NCBI GenBank assembly: GCA_035538015.1
Contig: DATLLC010000279.1
Location: 1 to 57,392 of the forward strand
Origin: Vicinamibacterales bacterium
GTDB taxonomy: Bacteria > Acidobacteriota > Vicinamibacteria > Vicinamibacterales > UBA2999
Direction of reading: 5' to 3'
DNA: 57,392 bases
Below the pieces are notes generated by a model that was given only the letters and a program-made list of their open reading frames with translations, was not told the origin of the DNA and searched no databases. This document shows, in pieces, positions 9,237-17,128 of this stretch. The number at the start of each line of letters is the position of its first letter. The stretch's first letter is position 1. The position numbers and the translations under genes were made by a program.

Positions 9237-9815
9237 ATGAAGAACGTGTTGGTCGCGCTGATCGTCGCAGTGGTGCTCGGTGCGGGTGCGCTATATCTGC
9301 AAGGTGGCGCGCTGCGTGAGGGGGCGCGCCCGACCGTGAGCCGCGTCGTGAACGCGCCGGAGCCCGCTCCCGTGGATCCGGCGCCGTACCTCGCCGCGTT
9401 TCCCTTGACGCCGCTCGAGGCGCCGCCCGTCACCGGGACCACGCGGGTAGCCAAGGCGCTCGACAAGGCCCTTGTCCCGTATCGCAGGGGCGACTACGTG
9501 GCGGCGGCCTCGGCGCTCGACGGCGTAAAACTCGACCACCCCGACGATCCGACCGTCACCCTGTATCTTGGCATCGCGCGGCTGTTCATCGACGAGCCAG
9601 CGAACGCGCTCGAGATCCTTCAGACGATGCCCCCGAACGCCACGCCCGAGGTAGCAGGCGAAGCCGCCTGGTACTCGCTGGTCGGAATCGCGCGCCTGCG
9701 CAACCCCACTGATGTCGAAGTCCGGGCCCGCACGCTGTGTGCCTCTCCCCTTCCAACGGCCCCCCGCGCGTGTGACGCGATTGCACGGCTGTCGACAGCG
9801 CAGACGAAACCCTGA
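9237..9815 (+). CDS. Hypothetical membrane-anchored protein, possibly TPR-like
   Basis: 192 aa with the N-terminal TM/signal anchor MKNVLVALIVAVVLGAGALYL and a helical, TPR-like middle (YRRGDYVAAASALDGV...LYLGIARLF). I recognise no family. Confidence 0.55.
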   Translation: MKNVLVALIVAVVLGAGALYLQGGALREGARPTVSRVVNAPEPAPVDPAPYLAAFPLTPLEAPPVTGTTRVAKALDKALVPYRRGDYVAAASALDGVKLDHPDDPTVTLYLGIARLFIDEPANALEILQTMPPNATPEVAGEAAWYSLVGIARLRNPTDVEVRARTLCASPLPTAPRACDAIARLSTAQTKP

Positions 9816-9918
9816 GCGCGACAAGGGTTCGCATTCTGCGGCCGGGTCTGCGGCCTTGTCTGCGGCCTTCTCTGCGGCCATACTCTTGGGTTGATTCCGC
9901 CTCTTCGAGGCGTCATCA

Positions 9919-12900
9919 GTGATGAGGTCCATGACCATGTCTTGCCGTTTGCAGGGCGTTGCCGCGCTCGTCGCGCTGTTTGTCGTCTCTGCTGCGCCGT
10001 ATCGGGCCATGGTGGTGCGTGCGCAGTCCGATCCCAACGCCGTCGTACCGCCAGCGGCCTTCGACGATCTGAAATGGCGTCTCGTCGGCGCCACGCGCGG
10101 CGGCCGCGTCACCGCGTATTCCGGCGTGCGCCAGCAGCCGTACACCTTCTACATGGGGGCCACTGGCGGCGGCGTGTGGAAGACCGACGATGCCGGAATC
10201 ACGTGGACGCCGATCGGCGACGGGCAGTTCGCGACCGGGTCGATCGGATCGATCGACGTGGCCCCGTCGAACCCCAACCACGTCTGGGTGGGCACGGGAT
10301 CCGCCGCTATCCGCTCGAACGTCATCATCGGGCGCGGCGTCTACAAATCCACCGACGCCGGCAAGACCTGGGCGTTCGTCGGCCTGAAGAACTCGGGCCA
10401 GGTCGGCGGCCTCAAGGTCCACCCCTTCAACGCCAGCACGGTGTGGCTGGCGGCGCTCGGGTCGCCCTTCGGTCCCAACGACGAGCGCGGTATCTTCAAG
10501 ACCACCGACGGCGGCAAGACGTGGAAGAAGACGCTGTTCGTGAACAACGAGACCGGCGGCCGCGACATCGAGGTGGACTGGGAGAACCCCGACATCTTGT
10601 ACGCCGCGATGTACAAGGGCTTTCGCAAGGGCTGGGACATCATCAGCGGCGGCCCGGCGTCCGAAGGCGGCATCTACAAGTCCATCGACGGCGGCGAGAC
10701 CTGGAAGAAGATCACCGCCGGCCTGCCAGACGACCTGATTGGCAAGATCGACATCGACATCGCCCGCAGCAACCCGAAGGTGCTCTACGCGATGGTCGAG
10801 GGCCTCGGCGCCAAGGGCGGCCTCTACCGCTCGAACGATGCCGGCGAGTCGTGGTCACTCGTCAACAACAGCCAGCGCCTGCGCGCGCGCCCGTTCTACT
10901 TCCACTACGTCACGGTGAACCCCAAGGACGAGAACGAGGTGTGGGTGAACGAGCTCGGCCTGCACAAGAGCGTCGACGGCGGCAAGGCGTTCACGTCGGT
11001 CGAGACGCCGCACGGCGACAACCACGGGATGTGGTTCAACCCCGACAACCCGAGCCTCATCATCCAGGTGAACGACGGCGGGGCCAACGTGAGCCTCAAC
11101 GGTGCCAGGAGCTGGTCGTCCCTGCTCAACCAGCCGACGGCCGAGTACTACATGGTGTCGGTGGACGAGCAGTACCCCTACCGCCTCTACATGCCGCAGC
11201 AGGACAACAGCACGCTGATCATCCCGAGCGTACCGCCGGTGTCGTGGGGCTTCGAGCATCCGGCCCAGGCCTGGCAGCAGGCTTCGGGCTGCGAGACCGG
11301 CATGATCTGGCCGAAGCCCGATGGCCAGGTGGTGTGGGGGGCGTGCAAGGGCGAAGTGGGCCGCTACAACGTGCGGACCGGCCAGGAGAAGCACTACTGG
11401 GTGTACCCGCAGAATCGCTACGGCCACGACCCCGACGACATCAAGTTCCGCTTCCCACGGCAGACCGTCGTCTACGTCTCTCCGCACGATTCACGCGTGA
11501 TCTACCAAGCGTCGCACGTGCTGCACCGCTCGATCGACGAGGGCGTGTTCTGGGAGGTCATCAGCCCCGACCTGACGGCGAAGGAGCCCGAGCACCAGAT
11601 CGTGTCGGGCAACCCGATCACGCGCGACGTGACCGGCGAGGAGGTCTACTCGACCATCTACGCGATGGTCGAAGCACGCAACGAGAAGGGCGTGATCTGG
11701 GTCGGCGCCAACGACGGGCCGGTGCACGTGTCGCGCGACAACGGCAAGACGTGGAAGAACGTTACGCCCAGGGGCCTCGTCGGCGCGCGCATCCAGAACA
11801 TCGAGGATTCGCCGCACGCCCGGGGCCGCGCCTACATCGCCGCCTATCGCTTCCTCCGCGAGCACGATTTCAAGCCCTACATCTATCGCACTGACGACTA
11901 CGGCGCCACGTGGATGCTGCTGACCGACGGCGGCAATGGCATCCCCGATGAATACCCCACGCGTGTAGTGCGCGAGGATCCGAGACAGCCGGGCCTGCTC
12001 TACGCCGGCACCGAGTTCGGGTTCTTCGTTTCGTTCAACGCCGGGAAGAACTGGCAGCCGCTGCAAATGAACCTGCCGGTGACACCGGTCACCGACCTGC
12101 GCGTGCACCGGAACGATCTCGTGATCTCGACGATGGGCCGGTCGGCCTGGATCATGGACAACGTGACACCACTGCAGCAGCTGGCGGCGATTGCGCAAGG
12201 CACGTCGCGGGCCGCCGCAGCCGGGTCATCGGCGTGGCTGTCCGGCCCGTCCGCCCTGGCCGATTCCTCGGCCCCCACGAGCCGCGGCGGAAGCTGGTCG
12301 GCCGCCGAGCAGGCGCCCGCGACGCTGCCCGCGATGCTGATGTTCGCACCGCGGGAGACCGTGCGGCTTCGCAACAGCTCCGCGCCTTCTTCGGGCAGCG
12401 AGCCGGAGTACCCCGGCGCGATGGCCCAGATCGACCTCTACTTCCAGACTGCCCCGCCGGCGGACGCGAAGGTGGAGATCACCGACGCGCGCGGCGGGGT
12501 CATCAAATCATGGGGTGTGCTCCAGCCGCGGCAGGGCGCCGGCGGCGGACAGGAGATGCGTGGGCTCATCCGCCGCGGTGCGGTGAGCTCCGCCGGCATC
12601 CTGCCCGAGGCCGGCATGCAGCGGCTGGTGTGGGACATGCGCTACCCCGGGCCGTGGGCGCCGAACGCGCCGGAGGGAGGGCCTGGCGGACCGCTGGTGC
12701 CACCCGGGAAGTACACACTCAAGCTGATCGCGGGCGGCCAGACCGCGACGCGCACGCTGGAGGTGAAGTCGGATCCGCGACTGGCGGCCGACGGCGTCAC
12801 CGATGGCGACCTCGGCGAGCAGGTCAAGTTCCAGTTGAGCGTCCGCGATGCGCTCAGCGACGCGCGCAAGCTGCAGGCGAGCATCGAGGAAGCGATGAAG

Positions 12901-13170
12901 GCGCAGGGCGTCAAGCCCGTGCCGCCGGCGCCTCCAGGCGCCAGCCCGGCTACAACCAAGTACGACCACCCGCTGCAGAAGCTGTGGGCGCAGGTGGTGG
13001 ATACGCCGGGCATCTACGTCCAGGGCATGCTCATCAGCCAGCTGCAGAACGTGCAGCGCATGGTCGGTCAGGCCGACCAGAAGGTGGGCAAGGACGCCTA
13101 CGATCGCTTCGGCGATCTGCAAACCGAGCTGGCCAGGCTCCAGGCTGAGTTCGCGAAGACCGGAAAGTAA
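9919..13170 (+). CDS. Large secreted BNR/Asp-box repeat protein (sortilin/VPS10-like beta-propeller)
   Basis: 1083 aa with a signal peptide. It has at least six S/T-x-D-x-G-x-T/S-W Asp-boxes (KTDDAGITW, KSTDAGKTW, KTTDGGKTW, KSIDGGETW, RSNDAGESW, SRDNGKTW). Confidence 0.85.
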   Translation: MMRSMTMSCRLQGVAALVALFVVSAAPYRAMVVRAQSDPNAVVPPAAFDDLKWRLVGATRGGRVTAYSGVRQQPYTFYMGATGGGVWKTDDAGITWTPIGDGQFATGSIGSIDVAPSNPNHVWVGTGSAAIRSNVIIGRGVYKSTDAGKTWAFVGLKNSGQVGGLKVHPFNASTVWLAALGSPFGPNDERGIFKTTDGGKTWKKTLFVNNETGGRDIEVDWENPDILYAAMYKGFRKGWDIISGGPASEGGIYKSIDGGETWKKITAGLPDDLIGKIDIDIARSNPKVLYAMVEGLGAKGGLYRSNDAGESWSLVNNSQRLRARPFYFHYVTVNPKDENEVWVNELGLHKSVDGGKAFTSVETPHGDNHGMWFNPDNPSLIIQVNDGGANVSLNGARSWSSLLNQPTAEYYMVSVDEQYPYRLYMPQQDNSTLIIPSVPPVSWGFEHPAQAWQQASGCETGMIWPKPDGQVVWGACKGEVGRYNVRTGQEKHYWVYPQNRYGHDPDDIKFRFPRQTVVYVSPHDSRVIYQASHVLHRSIDEGVFWEVISPDLTAKEPEHQIVSGNPITRDVTGEEVYSTIYAMVEARNEKGVIWVGANDGPVHVSRDNGKTWKNVTPRGLVGARIQNIEDSPHARGRAYIAAYRFLREHDFKPYIYRTDDYGATWMLLTDGGNGIPDEYPTRVVREDPRQPGLLYAGTEFGFFVSFNAGKNWQPLQMNLPVTPVTDLRVHRNDLVISTMGRSAWIMDNVTPLQQLAAIAQGTSRAAAAGSSAWLSGPSALADSSAPTSRGGSWSAAEQAPATLPAMLMFAPRETVRLRNSSAPSSGSEPEYPGAMAQIDLYFQTAPPADAKVEITDARGGVIKSWGVLQPRQGAGGGQEMRGLIRRGAVSSAGILPEAGMQRLVWDMRYPGPWAPNAPEGGPGGPLVPPGKYTLKLIAGGQTATRTLEVKSDPRLAADGVTDGDLGEQVKFQLSVRDALSDARKLQASIEEAMKAQGVKPVPPAPPGASPATTKYDHPLQKLWAQVVDTPGIYVQGMLISQLQNVQRMVGQADQKVGKDAYDRFGDLQTELARLQAEFAKTGK

Positions 13171-13193
13171 CCAGCGGCCAACACTCGAGGTCC

Positions 13194-13228
13194 GAACGTC
13201 GGGGCACGCGCCCCGGCGTTCTTGTTTT
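13194..13228 (+). terminator. Rho-independent terminator after the BNR gene
   Basis: GAACGTCGGGGC-ACGC-GCCCCGGCGTTC forms a 12-bp stem with one G.U pair. It is followed by TTGTTTT and sits 24 nt after the TAA stop. Confidence 0.65.
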
Positions 13229-13374
13229 CAGAAAGATTGCGCGCTCGCGCTTGACGGTCTCGCGCCGCGCGTGCTCTATTTCCAATTGCGCCATTCGTCT
13301 TGCTCGCCGGTCAGCGGAGTCCAACCAGCCGCCGCCGACGCGCACTGTGTCTATCTTCTGGACGGAGGCTACCA

Positions 13375-14488
13375 ATGAAGTGTGGACTGTCCGCTGCCCT
13401 GCGCAGCGCGTCAATCGGCGTGGCAATCGGTGCTGCCCTGCTCTCACAACCCACGCGTGCAATCGCCCAGTCTCTCCTGGATCCCGACCTCGCAGTCTCT
13501 ACCGTCGCCACGGGCCTCAATCAACCGATCGCGATGGCCTTCATCGGTCCGGACGATATCCTCGTCACCGAGAAGGCGACCGGGATCGTCCAGCGCGTTA
13601 CTGGCGGCGTCGTCACCGGCGCCGTGCTCGACCTGGCGGCAGCACCCTGACCTTCGATCGCAACATCAGGGCCCGGTGCCTGATGACGATTTCGGCGGCC
13701 CCTTGCCAGACAACGCCCACCTCACGGGAGCCATCCTGCGCCTGAACGATGACGGCAGCATTCCCGGCGACAACCCGTTCCACCAGTCCGGCCAGCAGAC
13801 GGGACGCCGCATCGGCGGCGCCCTCGGCGAGGAGGTCGGGCTCAACCTGCAGCGCCTTTACGCCTACGGCGTGCGCAACAGCTTCGGGATGACCTTCGAT
13901 CCGGTAAGCGGCGTGCTGTGGACGACCGAGAACGGCGGCTGGATCCAGTTCATGGGCCCGCTCAGCCGCGTCGCCGACTTCAAGGCCATCGAGCTCGCCT
14001 CCAGGGTGGGGCTGAACGGGCCGACCGGACTGCAGCAGCTGCGCTTCCCCGCCGAGCGCATTTCGGACACACCTGGGGACGCCAGGAAACGCCTGTTCCA
14101 CATGCCGGCCGCGCAGCCGCGCGATCCTCAATTCAGCTGGAAGAATGTCGTGCCGCCTGCGGCCCTTGGCTTCATCAGCGGCGGCGGCCTGGGGCCCGAG
14201 TATGAAGGCGACCTCATCGTGGGATCGGCGGTCGCGCGCGCGACGAATCCGGGCAACCTGTACCGGTTCCGTTTGAACGGCGGCCGGACGAAGTTCCGGT
14301 TCGACGACGACCGCCTAAAGGACACGGTCGCCGATAACACCGCGTTGGACGACTTCACTACCGAGGGTGAGGAGATTCTGTCCGGCACGAGCTTCGGGAT
14401 CGTCACCGACATCCAGACCGGACCCGCCGGGGCGCTGTATCTCGTCGGCCCGGTACCGGGGGAGATCAGGAAAATCTCCAGGCCGTAG
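13375..14488 (+). pseudogene. PQQ-dependent sugar (glucose/sorbosone) dehydrogenase, disrupted by frameshifts and internal deletions
   Basis: GGAGG lies 6 nt before ATG 13375, and the product has a signal peptide. Frame 1 reads ..TGLNQPIAMAFIGPDDILVTEKATGIVQRV..VLDL and stops at 13650. Frame 3 reads STLTFDRNI (13641..13670). Frame 2 reads QGPVPDDDFGGPLPDNAHLTGAILRLNDDGSIPGDNPF...YAYGVRNSFGMTFDPVSGVLWTTENGG.. through to 14488. The pieces are collinear with the family, but long stretches between them are missing. Confidence 0.6.
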
Positions 14489-15229
14489 TCAGCGATCGCC
14501 GTACGCCTTCAGCATCACGTCTTCGCCTGGGGCCTGCAGCACGTAGTTCGCGGCGAACGCGTCCGCGTCCGGATAACGGGTGGCGCGGATGCGGTTCGCC
14601 GCGGCCTCGAGGTCGTAGTGCGTATGCATGAAGCGGGGGCCGCCGGCATCGAGCAGCAGCCAGTGCGCTCCCGGCGTGTCGAACGGCATGCCGACGCTCC
14701 CGGCATTGAGGACGCGGAAGGTGCCGACGTGGCGATCGAAGGTCATATGCGTGTGCCCGCAGACCACGACGGGAGCGGTGACGTCCGCAAACGCGGGAGC
14801 AATCCGAGTATCTGGCGTGAGCCGCGTAAAGACGTCCACGTCGTTCCGCGGCGTCGCGTGGCAGAAGAGAACCGCCCCCAGTCCCTCGACCTCGACCTGC
14901 AACGTTCTTGGCCATTGCCTGAGGCTCGCGATCTGATCGGTGCGCAGCTGCTCGGCGCCCCACTTGACCATCGGCTGGTAGGCCGGCGGCACCGTCGTCA
15001 TCTCGCGGCCGTCCGCCGCGGCAAGCGTTTCGCGATCACCGTTGCCGGTGAGATAGCGGACCGGTAGATCGAGCGCCGCCAGTAGGTCGAGCGTCTCGAC
15101 CGGCATCGGCCCGGGCAGCACGTCGCCGCCGACCACAATCAGATCGGCCGCAGCCTTACGGACCTCGCGCAGGACGGCTTCGAGGGCCGGCAGGTTGCCG
15201 TGGATGTCATACAGGGCGGCTAGCGTCAT
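14489..15229 (-). CDS. Metallophosphoesterase (calcineurin-like)
   Basis: The internal start MTLAALYDIHGN gives 246 aa. Motifs present: DIHGN, GGDVLPG, GNGD, CGHTH. ATG 15229 shares one nt with the TGA of the upstream DinB gene (TGATG), which suggests translational coupling. Confidence 0.85.
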   Translation of the reverse strand: MTLAALYDIHGNLPALEAVLREVRKAAADLIVVGGDVLPGPMPVETLDLLAALDLPVRYLTGNGDRETLAAADGREMTTVPPAYQPMVKWGAEQLRTDQIASLRQWPRTLQVEVEGLGAVLFCHATPRNDVDVFTRLTPDTRIAPAFADVTAPVVVCGHTHMTFDRHVGTFRVLNAGSVGMPFDTPGAHWLLLDAGGPRFMHTHYDLEAAANRIRATRYPDADAFAANYVLQAPGEDVMLKAYGDR

Positions 15230-15759
15230 CAATGATTCGACGGCCATGCCGCGTGTGGGCGGCCGAACCAAACCCAGGCGATGTAGTCCACCAGCGGCGG
15301 CGTGCCACCGACTTCGCGCAGACGCATGTTCACCTGTCCGCGGTGGTAAAGCGTGTGCAGCGCGACCTGGAGCATGGTATCGCCCATCGTGGTCATCGCC
15401 GGCGGGCGCCCGATCTCTTTTTCGACCATATCGACCCATGCGTGCGGCCGTGGCGCCGTCAGGGCATCCGGGCCCAACGTGGCCAGCTCCGGCGGCGCGT
15501 CCCGGTGGAACGCTCGAGCCCACGCCATGATCTCGCGGGGAGCGTCGAAGGTAGGGAACGGCGTGTCACGGGGCTCGCCGCGCCACATGCGCAGGAACAC
15601 GTGCTGCACCATGTGGGTGTGGTACAGCAACTCGCGCAGGCGCCCGTCCGCCGAAGCCCGTTCGTCAGCGAGCACGGCCGACCACACCGTGGCATCGGCC
15701 CACTCCATGTGCGGGTAGAGATCGGAGAGGATAGTCGCATCCATCACGGATGCGACCAT
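15229..15759 (-). CDS. DinB-family protein
   Basis: 176 aa. The sequence shows the DinB four-helix His triad: YPHMEWAD...LYHTHMVQHVF...LHTLYHRGQV. Confidence 0.8.
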   Translation of the reverse strand: MVASVMDATILSDLYPHMEWADATVWSAVLADERASADGRLRELLYHTHMVQHVFLRMWRGEPRDTPFPTFDAPREIMAWARAFHRDAPPELATLGPDALTAPRPHAWVDMVEKEIGRPPAMTTMGDTMLQVALHTLYHRGQVNMRLREVGGTPPLVDYIAWVWFGRPHAAWPSNH

Positions 15760-15774
15760 CCTACCGGACGGCGC

Positions 15775-16278
15775 TCACGCCTGGGCGAACGGATTCTCGT
15801 CGGCGCTCGGGCCGTAGACCGAGGGAATCGGCACGTTGAGCTGCCGCAAATAGACGACGAGCTGGCCGCGATGGTGGTACCAATGGTTCAGCATCACCGC
15901 GCGGAGGAAAGCCGCGCGCGGCATCGCCATCAGCTCGCGATTGCCGGCCACGAGGCGCCAGGTCTCCTGCATGGCGGCATCGCTGACGGGGGCGAGCGTC
16001 GATTTCGCCGTCTCGACGCTCGCGTGCAGCGCGGGCAGCAGATCCGCACTCCGCGCGGCCCGCTCCTGGACGAACTCCGGCGGCGTGGCCGGCGAGTGCA
16101 TCGCCAGCGTCGCGACGGCACCCGGGATCTGCGCCACATGCAGGGCCAGCTGGCCCAGGCTGTAGGACTTCGGATGCGGGCGCCAGTCCAGGTGCGCGTC
16201 GGGCACCCGCTCGAGCACGCGCCTGGTCGTCTGCGCTTCCTGCTCCAGCTCCTGGAGGAGTCCTTGAACAATAGGCAT
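15775..16278 (-). CDS. DinB-superfamily protein
   Basis: I chose the internal ATG at 16278 (MPIVQGLLQELEQEAQTTRRVLERVP..) because AGGAGA lies just upstream. The product is 167 aa with LALHVAQIPG...MLNHWYHHRGQLVVYLR. Confidence 0.8.
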   Translation of the reverse strand: MPIVQGLLQELEQEAQTTRRVLERVPDAHLDWRPHPKSYSLGQLALHVAQIPGAVATLAMHSPATPPEFVQERAARSADLLPALHASVETAKSTLAPVSDAAMQETWRLVAGNRELMAMPRAAFLRAVMLNHWYHHRGQLVVYLRQLNVPIPSVYGPSADENPFAQA

Positions 16279-16292
16279 GGTCGTTCTCCTTG

Positions 16293-16739
16293 CTACTTCT
16301 GCTCCGCGACGCGCTGGATTCGCGCGTGCAGCGCATGCCATCCATTGCCGAGGTTCTTGCGGACCTCGTCGGGCACGAAGCCCAGCGCGGAGTGACGGAA
16401 CGTGATCAGGGTGCCGCCCTCGACGGGCGTAAGTCGATACTGCAGGTTCGACATCACCGGGGCCGAGAGGAAGAGCGGCCCGCAGATCTCGAGCAGGCTC
16501 GGCCGCTTGATGGCCTGCACGACACCCCAGAAATGGCCGTCGTCGGCACCAAGGTCGCGGAACCAGCGCCCGCCCGGCCAGGGCTCGATACGCATCGGCA
16601 GCTTGTCGCCATAGGGCGTCTCGTTGTGCGGTCCCATTTCCTCCAGCAAGGTCTCGAAGGTCGTGTCGAGCGACGCGCCGACGCGAATCTCCTCGGTGAC
16701 GGTGAGCGTGAGCTGTTCGAGCGAGAGTTGATCGATCAT
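16293..16739 (-). CDS. SRPBCC / AHSA1-like (Activator of Hsp90 ATPase homolog 1-like) protein
   Basis: 148 aa starting MIDQLSLEQLTLTVTEEIRV. It has an ATGA overlap with the stop of the upstream ArsR gene (16736..16739). An ArsR gene followed by an AHSA1 gene is a classic pair. Confidence 0.8.
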   Translation of the reverse strand: MIDQLSLEQLTLTVTEEIRVGASLDTTFETLLEEMGPHNETPYGDKLPMRIEPWPGGRWFRDLGADDGHFWGVVQAIKRPSLLEICGPLFLSAPVMSNLQYRLTPVEGGTLITFRHSALGFVPDEVRKNLGNGWHALHARIQRVAEQK

Positions 16740-17068
16740 CGTGCCTCCGCGCGCGCTTTCACGCGCGATAGTTGGTGCCGCCACATCTGCTGGAACGTGC
16801 CCGTCCATTCGTGCACGGGCCGGATTGCCTCCGCGTTGGTGCGGTAGAGCACGCGCTTGCCGTCGCGGCGCGCCCGCACCAGCCCGACGTCGCTCAGCAC
16901 GCGCAAGTGCTTGGACACTGAGGGCTGCGCGCAGTCGAGCGCGTCGACCAGCTCGCCGACCGAGCGTTCGTCGGTCGCCAGCAGGGTCAGGATGGCGCGC
17001 CGCCGTGGTTCGGCAATGGCGTTGAACGTGTCGGACGTGGTTGCGGCACGGGCCACAAACGCGATCAT
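16736..17068 (-). CDS. ArsR/SmtB-family transcriptional regulator
   Basis: 110 aa with a winged HTH: FNAIAEPRRRAILTLLATDERSVGELVDALDCAQPSVSKHLRVLSDVGLV. The true start may be GTG 17056 (see the promoter feature). Confidence 0.9.
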   Translation of the reverse strand: MIAFVARAATTSDTFNAIAEPRRRAILTLLATDERSVGELVDALDCAQPSVSKHLRVLSDVGLVRARRDGKRVLYRTNAEAIRPVHEWTGTFQQMWRHQLSRVKARAEAR

Positions 17069-17091
17069 ATTCCATTATTGGAATATGTCAA
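17064..17091 (-). promoter_or_regulatory. ArsR promoter with an embedded palindromic operator
   Basis: The minus strand reads TTGACA (17091..17086), a 16-nt spacer, TATGAT (17069..17064), then 7 nt, then GTG 17056. The perfect inverted repeat CATATTCCA-TTAT-TGGAATATG (17066..17087) fills the spacer and overlaps both hexamers. Confidence 0.55.
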
Positions 17092-17128
17092 CCGCGCCGG
17101 CAGAGCCGGCCGCGCTATCCTGTGTGAG

